From: Mantamonas sphyraenae STR306
Lineage: Eukaryota > Protista > CRuMs
NCBI GenBank assembly: GCA_026936335.1
Contig: JAPMXV010000034.1
Location: 620,001-684,000 of the forward strand
Length of the DNA stretch: 64,000 nucleotides
Direction of reading: 5' to 3'
Under the pieces are notes generated by a model. The model had not been told where the DNA came from and ran no database searches. It worked only from the letters and a program-made list of their open reading frames with translations. The position numbers and the translations under genes are program-made. Positions within the stretch are counted from its first letter, which is position 1, and every line of letters starts with the position of its first letter. Positions 40,547-54,049 of the stretch are shown one piece after another.

Positions 40547-43456
40547 ATGGGCTGGCACTGTTCCCAACGACGTCGTTTGCTGGGCATGGCTGCCATCATT
40601 TGGATGGCTGGCATGGGCCTGTACATGGCGTCGCTGCTGGTGGACGACCTGCCCACGGAGCTGCGCGACCACATGAGCCACGTGGCGTCCATCCGACGAC
40701 ATCCCAACGCGCACGACGGACGGGCCTGCACCTTTGCCTCCTGCTTCGACTCGTCCCGTTGCCCCGACGGCTCTCCCCTCCGCGTGTATGTGTACCCGCA
40801 TGTAGATAAATCGTGCCATTACGCACACTGTGTGTCCCCGTCCATGGCTGCTTTTCTCCAGGCCATCCGCACCAATGGCTGGCTCGTCGACTCGCCCCAC
40901 GACGCCTGTCTCCTCGTCCCTCCCGTCGACTTGTTTCTGCCCGGTGCCGTGCCCGATGTGCCTGTTCCCCATCCCACCCAGGCTGTGGTCTGGCGCAACA
41001 TCGACACCTGGGAAAACAAAGAGCAGCTTCACTCGGTGCGCCAACAGAGCGTCCTTGGCCCGCTGTTGCCCTACTTCAACAGTACCACGTGGAACAAGGG
41101 TCAGAATCATGTCCTTCTGTGGCAACACCGTGCCCTCGAGGATCTCCTGGACCAACCCCTGTCCTCCGATGTTGCCCGACAGCTGCGTGCACACGGCCCG
41201 TCCGCTTGGGGCTCGCCCGCAAGCTACGACACAGAAGCCACCCTTGTGCAACTCATGATTGGCAAGGCCATCCTCGTGCGCATGAATCCCCTCCAGAGCA
41301 CCTTTCGCCAGGGCATGGACCTCAGCGCCGACCTGCGCCTGCACGTCTTCACCCTCCCCTCCTCGGGCATCCTCAACGAGCTCCATTATCAGCCGCAGCG
41401 GCTGTTTGAACGCGCCACACACGCCTCGGTCGGTGTATGCCACGCCGAACCTGTCTCCAATGCCCACAGCTACCTCTTTGGCACCACCATGGTCCGCCAA
41501 CGCCTTCCCTCCATTGTCGAGCAACTGGGCGACCTGTGGGATGGCACCCAACACGCCTCTCTTCCTAATTTATCTGCTGCCTGGTGTCAACACACCTTTG
41601 CACCCACATCCCGCGCCTGGGAGGCCCGGGAGTGTGCGGTAAACGCTGTGCGAACCCATCTGCAGCTCCAATCGCTGCTGGACAACGATCCAGAGCCCCA
41701 AAGCCTGTGGAAACGGTGCCGTGTGCAAACAGTCACACGTGCATTTCGCTCTGCCCGCTCTCCTTTCACGATGATGCTGCCCATGCTCAAGTTTGGCGTC
41801 GTCCCCCTGCTTCTCGACTCGCTCACCGTGCTGCCCCTCCACGACACGGTTCCTTGGCACGACATTGCTGTGCGTGTGCCCACCTACGCCAATGTGAGCA
41901 CCATCCGCTCTGTGCTCTCGACACGCGTGCGTTCAGACACCGCCTGGCAAGCCCAGCTGCAACACGCTCGCTCTGTGTACGATGCCCACCTTGGCAGTTA
42001 CCACGGCATGCTCACAGGCGTAGTGCACGCCTTGCAGGCTCGCATGGGTCATGTCTCTCCACTGCCCGCCCTGCGTCGTGTCGAGGACGACACCATGGTT
42101 GTCCTCACCGTGCGTGCACGTCAGTTGGCCCTGCGTGATCACGCTTTCGTCCATGACCAGGACGTGCCGGATGCATCACACACGGGCGCACACATGGACG
42201 ACGACGTGGCCCGTGCAGATGCAGAGTGGTTCCTGCAGGGTCGAGCACACTCTCGTCTCGCACACAACACGTTGGCGCAGTTGCAGACGCTCCAGAGGTC
42301 GCCTGCCGCACGTCCATCACTCGGCCAGCTGCGTGACTGCACCTTTGATGCCTGTTTCGATCGCTCCCGTTGTCGCAGCGGACACTTCCGCGTGTGGATG
42401 TACCCGCCTCCGGCAACACTTTGTCCAGACTACTCTTGTCTCTCGCCCTTCTTTATGCGTCTCGTGCGTACCATCCAAAACAGTGCGTACTACACGCAGG
42501 ACGCCAGCCAGGCGTGCGTCTTTGTGCCCCTCATCGACCTCTTCAGCTACCTCACCGGCGGCGATGGCTCCCACGCTGCCATGGCTGCCTGGACCAAGAA
42601 GCAACCACAGTGGAACAAAGGAAGCAACCATCTCATTTTCGACCCCACCGATTGGCACAGCGTCAAGTTTGACCTGGAGAACGCCATTCGCATCAAACAC
42701 GGCGTCCACGCAAGCGACTACAGGCCCGGCTTTGACATTGTCGGCGACGCCTGCCTGACGAACGACATGTATGCACCGTCGACCAAGAACGCTCACAATC
42801 TGCTGGATCCGCGTGTGCAGGACGCAGCCAAGAACAGCACTGCCACGCCGTCTCCGCTTCTCCTCAGCTTCCTCGGCTCTCGGTACCGAAGATCCAGCGA
42901 CGACCACGACCGTAGCTCACCCGAACTGCGCAATCGCATCAACACGCTGGACAATGGCGCAGACGTGCTTGTCTTCTCCACATGCAAGTTTGCCCAGGAG
43001 TACGCGGCCGAGCCGTTCAACATGCTGCTCTGCGAGGAGGACCGCGTCCGTGCACAGACGCACAATTACACCGGACAGTACGACGAAATCCTGGCACGGT
43101 CCGTGTTTGGACTCTCGCCACGAGGTGCAGGCATGCACAGCTATCGCGTCCTGGAGTACGGCCGTTTCGGAGTCCTGCCTGTTGTTTTAGGCGACTATGG
43201 CCTCTTGCCCTTCCCAGAACTCATCGACTGGGGTGCCATTGCCGTTCAATTGCCTGAGCACCAGTACAGCCTCGTGCCCGAGCTCTTGCGCCGTTTGCCA
43301 CAGGACGAGGTGATCCAACGTCGCAGCAGGCTGCGCGAGGCATTTGCACGTGTCATGCAGACCACAAAACATGCTCTGGACAACGGAGTCTTTGGCATCT
43401 TGAGGAAGCGACTCGGCGAGTGCGGCAACGACGGTGACAACTGCGCGGTCGTGTAG
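40547..43456 (+). CDS. Exostosin (GT47) glycosyltransferase with two tandem EXT-like domains, type II membrane anchor
   Basis: CTFASCFDSSRC..LRVYVYP..ACLLVP..WNKGQNH is repeated as CTFDACFDRSRC..FRVWMYP..ACVFVP..WNKGSNH. Also SVFGLSPRG..SYR and LPFPELIDW. Confidence 0.85.
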   Translation: MGWHCSQRRRLLGMAAIIWMAGMGLYMASLLVDDLPTELRDHMSHVASIRRHPNAHDGRACTFASCFDSSRCPDGSPLRVYVYPHVDKSCHYAHCVSPSMAAFLQAIRTNGWLVDSPHDACLLVPPVDLFLPGAVPDVPVPHPTQAVVWRNIDTWENKEQLHSVRQQSVLGPLLPYFNSTTWNKGQNHVLLWQHRALEDLLDQPLSSDVARQLRAHGPSAWGSPASYDTEATLVQLMIGKAILVRMNPLQSTFRQGMDLSADLRLHVFTLPSSGILNELHYQPQRLFERATHASVGVCHAEPVSNAHSYLFGTTMVRQRLPSIVEQLGDLWDGTQHASLPNLSAAWCQHTFAPTSRAWEARECAVNAVRTHLQLQSLLDNDPEPQSLWKRCRVQTVTRAFRSARSPFTMMLPMLKFGVVPLLLDSLTVLPLHDTVPWHDIAVRVPTYANVSTIRSVLSTRVRSDTAWQAQLQHARSVYDAHLGSYHGMLTGVVHALQARMGHVSPLPALRRVEDDTMVVLTVRARQLALRDHAFVHDQDVPDASHTGAHMDDDVARADAEWFLQGRAHSRLAHNTLAQLQTLQRSPAARPSLGQLRDCTFDACFDRSRCRSGHFRVWMYPPPATLCPDYSCLSPFFMRLVRTIQNSAYYTQDASQACVFVPLIDLFSYLTGGDGSHAAMAAWTKKQPQWNKGSNHLIFDPTDWHSVKFDLENAIRIKHGVHASDYRPGFDIVGDACLTNDMYAPSTKNAHNLLDPRVQDAAKNSTATPSPLLLSFLGSRYRRSSDDHDRSSPELRNRINTLDNGADVLVFSTCKFAQEYAAEPFNMLLCEEDRVRAQTHNYTGQYDEILARSVFGLSPRGAGMHSYRVLEYGRFGVLPVVLGDYGLLPFPELIDWGAIAVQLPEHQYSLVPELLRRLPQDEVIQRRSRLREAFARVMQTTKHALDNGVFGILRKRLGECGNDGDNCAVV

Positions 43457-43503
43457 CCAGTGGACAACCACAAGCAACAAACACATCCCATGTTGATTTC
43501 CAA

Positions 43504-46500
43504 TCACGCCATGCCCAGCAACTGGCTGACAATCACCCTGTTCTCGCTGCTCTGCTGACCCACCACGTCGTCAAAGACACCCTGCGCTTGCACATCGATC
43601 CCAATGCCACTCAGCCGCTCCTGCACCAACCGACTGCTCTCAGACGCCTGTGCAGCCGCCGTGAAACCGTCCTGCAGCGTGTGCAGGCATTGTGCAAACT
43701 CGTTCAGCAGTGCGCTCAGGTCTTCTGGTTCGTCGTCCCAGTCGTCCCAATCGGATGCACCCGACGCATCGCTGTCCTCGTGGTGGTGCAGGTGGTGGTT
43801 GTCTCCTGGCACCAACTCCATTCCGGGCACGTCCGGCTGGCCCAGCTCCTTCACTGGCACCGCTGGCGTTGTCGCAAACACCGATTCGCCGTCGCCCATG
43901 CTCACTGCATTGCCGATTGTGGATCCTCCCCACAGATCGTCTGCATTCTCTGCATGCAGCCGCTCGCACATTGCACCCAGCAGCTGGGGCAGGAAGCGCA
44001 GGTCCACAAACAGGAAGCACAGCGAGTTGCACAGCTCCAGCGCTTTGCGCAACACCACTGTCTCGGTCGTGCTCTGTACAATCAACTTGGCCATCTGGTC
44101 GAGACACAGCTTGGCCAGGGTGGTCAGCACGTCCTTGGGCAGTGCCTGCAGCGCCTGTGCCTCCACGCTCACATCTTCGCGCAACATCTGCAGGAGCAAA
44201 CCGTGGCTCATCCGCTCTTGGCCGCCCACATCCACGCGCAGCCTGCCCTTGCCCCTGCTTTCACTCTGCTCCTGCACCATCCGTGTCTCTGCAGCCAGAG
44301 GGCCGTACACGTATCGGATCGGAGCGTACAGCGCCGCATTGAGGCTGTCCAGCAGCATCAGCTGCACATCCATGTCGTCGTGTGCAGCCAGCAGATCCAG
44401 AACCACGGGCACGCACGCAAACGCCGTCGTTACCGCACAGTTGCCGTACAGAAACTCGGGCAGGGCGCTTGCAGCTGCCGCCATGAACGCCTTGCGCGCA
44501 GCCTTGGCCTGTTGCCGTGACAATGCTCGCATCTCCTTTCGCTGGCCCTCACCTCCTTCCTCCTCCACAATGTACAGCAGCGTGTGTGCCACGCTTGCCT
44601 TTTTGCGGTTCGGCATCAGCGCAGACGCCTGCACGTGCGCCATCCAGCGCACGACGTCGTACAAAACAGCCTCGGGCACACGTGCCACGTCCTCCTCCGG
44701 CACCAAATCCCGTACCAGCGCATTGTTCAGGAAGCTTTGCATGCGCAGCAGCAGCTCAGCCGCAATGATTTGCAGCTTGACAACGCGAGATTCCAGCAGC
44801 AGAGCGTGCAGCTCTGGCACCAGGTTGCCCAGAGCAGGCACGTATGCACGCAACAATGCTTTGAGACGTGCGTGGCTGTTCGATGGCCATCCACTGCGTG
44901 TGTTGTGGCCCTGCATGCTCTGCACCGTACGCACCAACCTCCCCAGCCGTTTCATCCCGTGTTTCAGTGTCTGGGCGCCCACCCAGCACACATTTGTGTC
45001 GTGCATGCCCAGGTATTGGCCCCACAGCACACACACCATCTTCGGATCGTACAGCACCAGCAGCTCCGAGAAAGGACGCGCAATCTGCTCGCCCATCCTC
45101 TTCAACTCCCACTGCGACTGCACATCCTGACACTCTGCCACCTGGAAGAACATCGCACGCAACACATCCCCTAGCGAGTCCACTTGCACACTCTGCCACC
45201 ACTCGGGTTGGCCCTCCCGCTGCGGCTCCAGGTGCGCATGGTACGGGTTGGCCGCAAACGAAGGCGACAGCGGCGACATCAGTGGCTGAAGACGGCTCTG
45301 CAGTCCCACAGACAGCGACGACGCCACGGTGCGTCGGCTTTGGTGTGGTGTGGACGGTTGCACAGAGATGTGCGGACCCTCCGTCCGTATCTTGCTTCTC
45401 ACCCGACCCCGATTCCTCCACTGCCTCGACTGCCTTCTCCCGCACACGCGCTGCACGCTGCGTGTCACTTTTTCGCACAAGATCCAGCAGCGACAACACC
45501 GACTCGACGCTCGAACCCGTGCTCACGCCCTGCCTGTTTACCCCCTCCACGATGCCGCTCATGCTGCTGCCAGTTCCTCCAGCCCCTTCACCGTCACCGA
45601 CTCCGCTGCTGCTGCTACCACCACCACCACCACCCCCACCACTGATACCATCTCCGCTTCGTGCAGAAAAGGCGTTTCGAAGCGGCGTTTGCCCAGGCCC
45701 ATCCTTCGCCGTCTCGCCATCTCCACCCTGCACCGAGCTGCTCACATCTGCGTTGCCGTCTGTTCCCAACGAGTCGCTCGAGTGAGAGCGTGGCCGTCCA
45801 CTTGCCGAACTTGCTCCGCTGCTCTCGCTCGTCAACTCGCGAGCCGTCACGCTTCCACTCATCGAAACCGCTCCGGCGTCCGAGTCTCTGCCCTCACCCG
45901 ACCCCAGCTCCGCCACACTCTTGCTCGGCCGCAGCGCACTCATGTTCAACGGTGGCGGCGTCATTTGACTCGCCTGTGCCCCGTGTTTCAACGACGGACT
46001 GCTAGCCGTGCCTCCAGACGACGGCGAGAATACAAGCGCCGAACTGTGTCTGTAGTGCCTCCTCGGGTTGCTCTTCCCGTCTTCCTGTCCTCCGCCACCC
46101 GAACCTTCTTCCTTTCCGTCCTCGCGGTGCTCATCCACATCCTCCTCCTCGCTCTCAAAGCACCACGTAAACAGTGTGCGCGGACTAGGCCGCCGGTACC
46201 GCATCCCACGTGTCCCATTCACCTGCAGCAGTGTCGGCGTACGTTCGCCAAACCCGTCCGCAGACTCGGTAGACCGAGCAGACATGGGCGACATCATTGG
46301 TGTTGTGCCCGTGGGTGTGCTTGCCACGGTCGACGAAGACGTGGAAGAGGACGACGATGACGATGCCGATGTTGGCGGGCCTTGCTCCGAATCGCCGTCG
46401 CTGTTGCTTGTCTTTCTCCTGCCAAGCATGGGGGGTACTGGGAAACACGTAGTAGGCGTGGTTGGTCAACACAAAGTTGATGATTAGCTCGTACGCAAGC

Positions 46501-48381
46501 ATGCGGCCTTCCTTCCACTGCCAGCTCTTTTCTGCCATCTGATCTGCCTTTCGCCACGCCACCAGCTGGGCGGCGTCTTCCTGGTCGATGCTGCTCATGT
46601 CGTACCGCGGCGCATCCAGCTGCTGCACAAACACATTGTCCGCCTCCTCTTCGCGTGTGTCGCCCTGCGTGGCACTGCCCATGCTGCACATCGTCGTGTA
46701 CGACACCGGCCAGCCTGCACACAGGTCTTGCAGGATCAGATTCACCAGCGCCGGCCGACTTGCGTTGCGTGCCAGCAAGTACTTGAAGATGGTGCTGGTC
46801 GTCTGGCGCACAGTTGCCGCAGGGTGTGCGAGGTACCGTGAACACACTCCCATGTACACGCACCAATGAGGCAGCATCAATTCAATTGGAATCAGCTTCA
46901 CCAGTACAACCAGCACGCTCAGGATCCCGTCTGCCTCGTGTGGTGCAAGCAATTGCTCACCCAGACCCTGCAAATACTCGCCTGTGCGGTCTCCTTCCGG
47001 CAGCAGCGATGCATACTTGCCGCTGCCTGTCCATCGCTCTGCCTCTGCCTTTGCCTCCTCCCCTTGTGCATCCCCTCCGTCAGCCCCCTCCAGCGCTTCT
47101 CCCTCCTCGTCGCGATTGCACAGCCGCGCAAACACGTGCCGCCATGTCTCCACACTCTGATCAAACGCAGAGCGAGACAGATACGCAGACAACACCGTCG
47201 TCACGTGCTCACGCACACTCAGCTGTACATGTGTCACCAGTCCAAACAGTGACTTGACAAAGCCCGCACTCACATAACCGGGCAGCGTCAGCGTGTAGTA
47301 CTTGTTTGCAAAGCACAAGCAGCGCACCAAACGCTCACTTGGCCGTGTCAACTGTTGTGACCTCTCTTGTTGTCCCTGCTCATCCGCCAGCGCATGGAAA
47401 GTCCAGTTGAAGTTCTTCAAGATGGCCGTCAGCCCCATCAGCGCTCCTTCCAGCACCTGCCACGCCGGCGTTTCTTCCTGTGTACACATCTCCAGCAGTG
47501 CCATCCACACTGCCTCCAGCTGCTCCATGTTGAATGCCTTGACGGCCTCAAAGAATCGCCGCGCGCAGTTTTGCCGCAACATCGACCACATGTCCGTGAC
47601 ACTCAACACCATGATGTCCTGCACACACAAGGGCACACTTTGCTGTCAGCGACCGTCTCTTCCGGCTGTGCTGCGTTTCTTCTCCACACGCTCCTCCGCA
47701 TGCCCACTTACCGACACAGCCTGGAAATGCGCGTCCAGCCTTGTTGCAAAGTCGTCCTCCTCCTACCCAGTCGACATCCCCACACACACGCCAAATGTCC
47801 CAAACGAGTGTTAGCTATGCGTTTGCCTCTATGCGTATCCGTGGGATCCACCCACGCCCTTGGCGGTTGTCTCTGACTCTGCTCTGGCCAAAGTTGTCGC
47901 CCCTTTCGTGGCAACATGCCACACACACACACGCAAGCAACCACACACACACACACAGCATGCACCCTTCTCTGCTCACGTGCTGCATTCACTCGGCGCA
48001 GCCGTGGGCGGCTGTACGCGCTTTGCAAACGGGCAACGCGCGCGGACCTTGCTCATTTGGGCAAGTCGCGCGTGTCGTTGGGGCCCAGTTTCCTGCGAGG
48101 CACCTGGGCCTCCGCCACTCTCTGTTGCACACCCGGGACTGTGGTTCGCCCACAGCCAACTGCAGGTGTGCCATCATGACGCCCTCGTCGCTTCCATTGT
48201 CGCTCCCGCTGTCCTGTTCTCCACCTACCCGCTTCTGTTGGAACCACTGATAGAACATCTTGAACCGCTGCGCCCGCTGTGTCCATTCAGACGCCCCTTG
48301 CCCTGTCAACTCCTGCCCCAAATCCTGCAGCTGATCCCACTGCAGGTCTTGGCCGCCGTCGGTGCCGCCCGAGCCAGACAT
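43504..48381 (-). CDS. Large HEAT/ARM-repeat-like protein of unknown function (multi-exon, apparent frameshifts)
   Basis: Successive same-strand ORFs (47989..48486, 46185..47636, 44756..46429, 43504..45480) carry HEAT-like segments (WQVLEGALMGL, QLSVRE, HPAATVRQ, WQWKEG). The gene model is uncertain. Confidence 0.5.
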
Positions 48382-48424
48382 GGTCCTTGTTCTGTGTGTC
48401 TGCGCCTGCGCGCACACCCCGACG

Positions 48425-49731
48425 ATGAGCAGCACCACAGCAGGCAACGCCGGCAGAAGCAGCAGCAGCGCGTCCAACATCAACATCTCCCAGAGCCAGG
48501 ACTCGGCCCTGCACCTTCAGGTCAAGGTCCAGACTGTCCTCGAGGCCGTCGTCCACCCCGTCGTCTTCTTCTCCATCCTCGACGCCCACGTCCGTCGCGG
48601 CGACAAGAAGCGTGTCATTGGCACCATCCTCGGCAAGCGCAAGGGACGCACCGTCATTGTCAGCGACTGCTTCCCGGTCCCGCACAAGGAGACCTCCGAC
48701 ATGGTGCGTTGGGGTGCCAGCAACCCCCGTTTGCCTCCACTTGGCCTCTGCCAATTTTGCCACACACAACCATGCTCCCGCCCTCCTTGCTGCATCCGCC
48801 CTCTGTGCACACCTTGTCTCTTTGCGCATTTCTTTCCTTGTCTCCATTCCTATTCCCTGGTGACACGTCGGCCCGTGTGTGTGGGTCCCTGTGACCTCTG
48901 CTTGTCGGCCAATCGATCCCCGCATGCGTGCCTACCGAGAAATCTCACCTCCTTTTTGCCGCTGACACGGGCGCCCGTCTGCCTCTCGTTGCCCCTCTTG
49001 CTGCCCCGTTGCTTTGGGCCATCTCTCAGGTCCAAGTGGACATGGAGTACCAGCGCCGCCGCCTCGAGCTGCACACGCAAAGCAATGCGGACGAGGAGAT
49101 CGTCGGCTGGTTCTCCACTGGCGACGAGATTACCGAGCACAGCAAGCTCATCCACGACTTTTACAGCGACGAGGTCAAACCTAACCTGGCTGTCCACTTG
49201 CAGCTCAACACAAACGTAGGCGAGGGTGCCATGCGTCTCAAGGCGTACACCTCGGCCAGCGTGGAGATCCAGTCCCGCTCCCTCGGCTACCACTTCCAGT
49301 CCATCGAAATGCAGATGGGCACCAGCGACGCCGAGCGCCTGGGCCTCGAATTTCTCGTCCAGGATGCCTCTGGCGACAAGGTCAACGCCAAAGGCAACGA
49401 ACTCGAGCAGCTCACTGCTTCCCTCGAGGAGCTTTACAGAATGCTCGAAATTGCCCAGGAGTACGTCAATCAGGTGCTTGAAGGCAGCATGGAGGAGCCT
49501 GACGAACAGATTGGCCAGTACCTCCTCCAGGCCGTCAACGCCGTCCCTGCCATCGAGCCCGAAACCTTTGAAAAGACCTTTGCCGACAACGTGCAGGACA
49601 TGCTCATGATCATGTATCTCAGCAAGCTCGCCAAGGCCCAGCTCGGCATCAGCAGCAAGCTCCAGACACTCGAGCGCGAGCCCAGCGTCGTCGACAGCAC
49701 TGCCGTCGCGGCCTCTGCCTCCGCCGAGTGA
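48425..49731 (+). CDS. EIF3F: Translation initiation factor eIF3 subunit F (MPN)
   Basis: Motifs VHPVVFFSILD..RR..RVIGTILG, CFPVPH.E, EEIVGWFSTG and VQDMLMIMYLSKL..QL. Intron 48704-49029. Confidence 0.92.
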
Positions 49732-49927
49732 TTTCTTGCCGCAACTTTCCACACGCGTGGGCGTGGAAGTGCTTGTGCGCCTTGGGGTCAAGTGGCGCAC
49801 ATGTGCACACACACACAAACACACAACACCACACACAAACACACACACACACACAAACCGTCAACGCAGAACACCAAGTCAATACAAAGCATGCTTTCTC
49901 AAGATGATCATCCATTCCTTTGTCGCT

Positions 49928-51754
49928 CTATGCACTCTTGATCTCCTCAAACTGCGCAATGTTCTCCTGCAGGGCACGGATCTCCTCCTGCATGACGGAC
50001 AGCTTCTCCTGGTCCTTGGCCTTGACGTTGTCCTTGACATTCTCCTGGTAGGCCGGGACCTGTGTCTTGGCCTCCAGAGCGTCATGGCGCTTCTGGACCG
50101 CAGCCAGGTTCTTGTTCAGCTTGGCAATCTCCTTGTCGACGTCAACGAGGTCCTTGATGTACAGGAAGATCTCGCAGTTCGGGATAATCGACAGCGCACA
50201 GCCCTTGGGCGGCTCCTCGCCGTCGGTCAGGACGTTGATCTCGGACGAGAACGTGGTCGACGCAATGGCAGCGGAGCCGTCGCGGAACAGGTCGACTTGG
50301 TCGGCCGAAGCCGGGCGCAGGAACGCAACCGTCTTTTGCTTGTTTGCCAGCTTGTACTGTGCGCGGACAGAGCGGATGCCCTTCATGATGTCCTGCAGCA
50401 TGACAAAGTCGGTCTCCAACTGTGCGTTGCTCCACTCGTCGTGGCCCTTGGGAAAGTCCGCAAGCATGATCGAGCGTGTCTCGTCTCCCGGGCGTCGCGG
50501 CAGGTGCTGCCACAATTCCTCCGTCAGGAACGGCATGAACGGGTGCAGCAGGCGCAGCGATGTGTCCATGCACGTGTACAGCGTGTTGCGGACGCTCGCA
50601 ATGGCCTCCTCCGTGGCGCCCTCGTTGCGCACCATGTCCTTGGCCATTTCCAGGAAGTTGTCACACAGGTCATACTGGAAGAACGAATGAATGCTGCTCG
50701 TCGCCTGGTCAAACAGGTAACCGGTCATGGCCTGGTCGTACGCAGTGACTGCAGAGTTGAGTTTGCTCAGGATCCACGCCTCGGCCATGTCTGCCGGTCC
50801 GGCGCTGCTCAGCTCGTTGTCCGCGGGCGTAAAGTCCTTGCCCAGCAGCTGCAGAATCAACTTCTGGCCGTTCCAGACCTTGTTGCAAAAGTGACGGTAC
50901 GACTCGACGCGCTTGATGTCCAGGTTAATGTCGTGCGTCTGCGAAACAAAGGCGCACAGCGAAAAGCGCAGCGCGTCTGTGCCACACCTCTCGATGCCGT
51001 CGGGGAAGTTCTCACGCTGGCCTTCGATGGCCTTGAGGATCTCCGACTCGGCCAGGTTACCGTTGTACAACTTCTGGTGCAGCTGCTCAAGCTCGATGCC
51101 CGAGATGACATCCAGCGGGTCGATGACGTTCCCCAAGCTCTTGCTCATCTTGCGCCCCTGCGCATCGCGAACCATCGGGTGCAGGTAAACCTGCTTGAAC
51201 GGCAGCTTGTCCGTCAGCTGCAGGCTCATCATAACCATGCGTGCGACCCAGAAGAACAGGATGTCGTGGCCCGTCTCCAGCAGCTGGTTCGGGAAGTACT
51301 TTGCGACGTCCTCCGTCTCCTCGGGCCAGCCCAGCATCGAGAACGGGAACAGGCCCGACGAGAACCATGTGTCCAGGACATCCGGGTCCTGACCGACCTC
51401 CAGGATATCCTCGTCGCTGCAGCCAAACTTGGCGCATGCCTTTTCCCTGGCCTCCTCCTCCGAGCGAGCTGCGATCCAGTACTCAGGCTTGACGTCCTGT
51501 GTGTTCCGACGGCGTGTGTTTGTGTGTGTGTGTGTGTGAGTGGATCCAGTCACCTTTTCGTTTCCTCCCCACGGCTGTGTGCCTCGGCATCCACAGACAC
51601 ACACCACACGTCTGGCTTTGGCGTTGTTCATATTTAAAAAGCTCGTTTGATATTGTCTCCTCAACGTGGACATTTGCCCGCGATCAGATAAAGCACATTA
51701 TCAATTGGATAATCCTCACAGAGCGCCAGCCCGACGTGTGTGACGTGTGTGTGT

Positions 51755-51797
<43 letters not shown>

Positions 51798-53880
51798 CGT
51801 GCGTGCGTACGTGTGCGTGTCCATCTCTTGCTCTCTTAAACAAAACTTACTCCAAACTGGTCCAGAGCGTCGTCCTGACCGCGAATGCTGACCCAGTAGG
51901 CCGGGACACGGTGGCCCCACCACAGCTGGCGCGAGACGCACCACGGGCGAATGTTGTCCAGGTAGTTGAACCAGGTGCTCTCGTGGCTCTTGGGAACCAG
52001 CTCCAGGTCGCCCTCGCGGACCGCGTCGGCGGCGCGCTTGGCCATCGTTGTGCAGTCGACAAACCACTGCGGCTTCAGGATGGGCTCAATGACGTCCTTG
52101 GAGCGGCTGCAGATACCCAGGCGCATCTCGTGCGGCTTGGTCGAGATGTACAGGCCCTTCTCCTTCAGCGCCTCGATGACTGCCTTGCGCGCCTCGAAGC
52201 GCATCATGCCCTCAAATTCCAGGGCGTTTGCGTTCATGGAACCGTCATCGTTCATGACGTTGATCATCTCCAGGTTGTGGCGCTTGCCGCACTCGTAATC
52301 GTTCGGGTCGTGCGCAGGCGTAACCTTGACCGCACCCGTACCAAACTCCATGTCGACCAGCTCCGAGTCCAGGACAATCGGGATCTCCTTGTTTGAGAAC
52401 GGGTGGATGACATACTTGCCGTGCAGGCTTGTGTAGCGCGGGTCCTCGGGGTGGACAGCGACGCCCGTGTCGCCCAGAATCGTTTCCGGACGCGTTGTGG
52501 AAACCTGCAGGTACTCGTCCTTGGTGCCTGCAACCTTGTACTTGAAATCAGTGATCTCTCCGAACACGTACTCGCCGTCGTGCTTGTAAACCTTGCGTGT
52601 TTTGGGCTGGTCCAGCGTGAGGTAGTCGACCTCAATGTCCGAAATGGCCGTGTTCAACTTGCAGCACCAGTTGACCAGGCGAGTGGAACGGTAGATGAGT
52701 CCCTCGTCAAACATACGAACAAACGCCTCCTTGACCGCGGTGCTCAGACGCTCGTCCATGGTGAAAACCTCGCGATCCCAATCGTACGAGCCGCCCAGGC
52801 TCTGCAGCTGCGTCGTGATCTTCTCGTGGTACTCATCCTTCCACTTCCAAACCTGGTCGACAAAGGCTTCGCGGCCCAGGTCGTGCCTCGTCTTCTGTTC
52901 CGTGCGCCACAGCTTCTTCTCGACAACAGTCTGCGTGGCAATGCCTGCGTGGTCCGTGCCCGGGTTCCACAGCGTGACGTGGCCTTGCATACGGTGCCAC
53001 CTGACCAACGCATCCTGGATGGCGTTTGTCAGCGCGTGGCCCAGATGCAGCGCGCCCGTGACGTTCGGCGGCGGAATGGGAATAACAAACTTCTCGGCCT
53101 CGTCCAGCTCCTGTGCGTTGGACGATTTGGCGTTGACCTCGGGCTTGAAGAAGCCCTGTCCCTTCCACCAGTCGTACCACGCTGCCTCGACGGCCAGCGG
53201 GTTGTAGGTCTTTTGCATCTCCTCCGGCAGATGCTTAAACTCGCCCTTGGGTGTGGTGTTCTCGTAAGGCTCGTCGTCCAGCACCTTCTTCTGCTTCTTG
53301 CCCTGGTTGGCCAGAATAGCCTGGCGCTTGGCCTCCTTCTTGGCCTCCTTGGCTGCACGAGCTGCATCCGCCTGAGTGTTGCCTCCTCCCTCTTTCTTCT
53401 TCTTGCCTCCCTTGCCCTTGCCCTTCTTGCCCTTCTTGTTGCCCGACACCACGTCCATGCCTGCCAGCTTCTTCAGCTCCAGCAGCTTGCTGATGGCTGC
53501 CTGGATGTCGCCCTCGGCTCCGCCCTTGATCAGGCGCACAATGTTCCCCTGCGCACCAACCGCCTCTGCGTACGCCTTTTTGCCCTCCTCGCTGTCCGCG
53601 CCGTGGCCCTCAGCCGTCGCAATGGCCGCCTCGACCTGTCCTTGCAGCGATTCGATACTCTCCTCTGTTGTGGACACTGTGCCGTTGCGTGTGCAGTCCG
53701 TGTGGGTGTCCGGTGCCTTGTGAGCCGCGCATGCGCCACAAATTCCTCCCATGCCCATTCTCCCCTCTCCCGCCCCACTCCCACGCCACGCTGCTTTTGC
53801 CCTGTCTCCTCGGGCCAACACACACATCGCGCACACATCCACGCCTGGGTCACCACACCACGACCCCCGCTTCACATACT
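49928..53880 (-). CDS. VARS1: Valyl-tRNA synthetase with an N-terminal WHEP-like segment
   Basis: Motifs PPPNVTGALHLGHAL, DHAGIATQ, SRQLWWGH, DVLDTWFSS and KMSKS. Intron 51497-51850; probable 5' intron 53677-53879 (start uncertain). Confidence 0.95.
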
Positions 53881-54049
53881 GTCTTGTTTCGGTGGCCCAA
53901 ATCGCGCACACTCCTCCCAGACCCTTTGACCTGCTCACCAATCCGCCGAAATCGACCCAGAGAGGAAAGCTCAAGACAGGCGAACGGCAGGGAAGTGTGC
54001 TTGCCAAACTTCGACTCCATTTCCCATCGCCCCACTGCATCCAATGCAA

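Noticed and set aside
51735-51810. (GT)n/(CA)n tracts here and at ~13448, ~30281, ~47920 and ~49805
   Set aside because: Ordinary intronic or UTR microsatellites.
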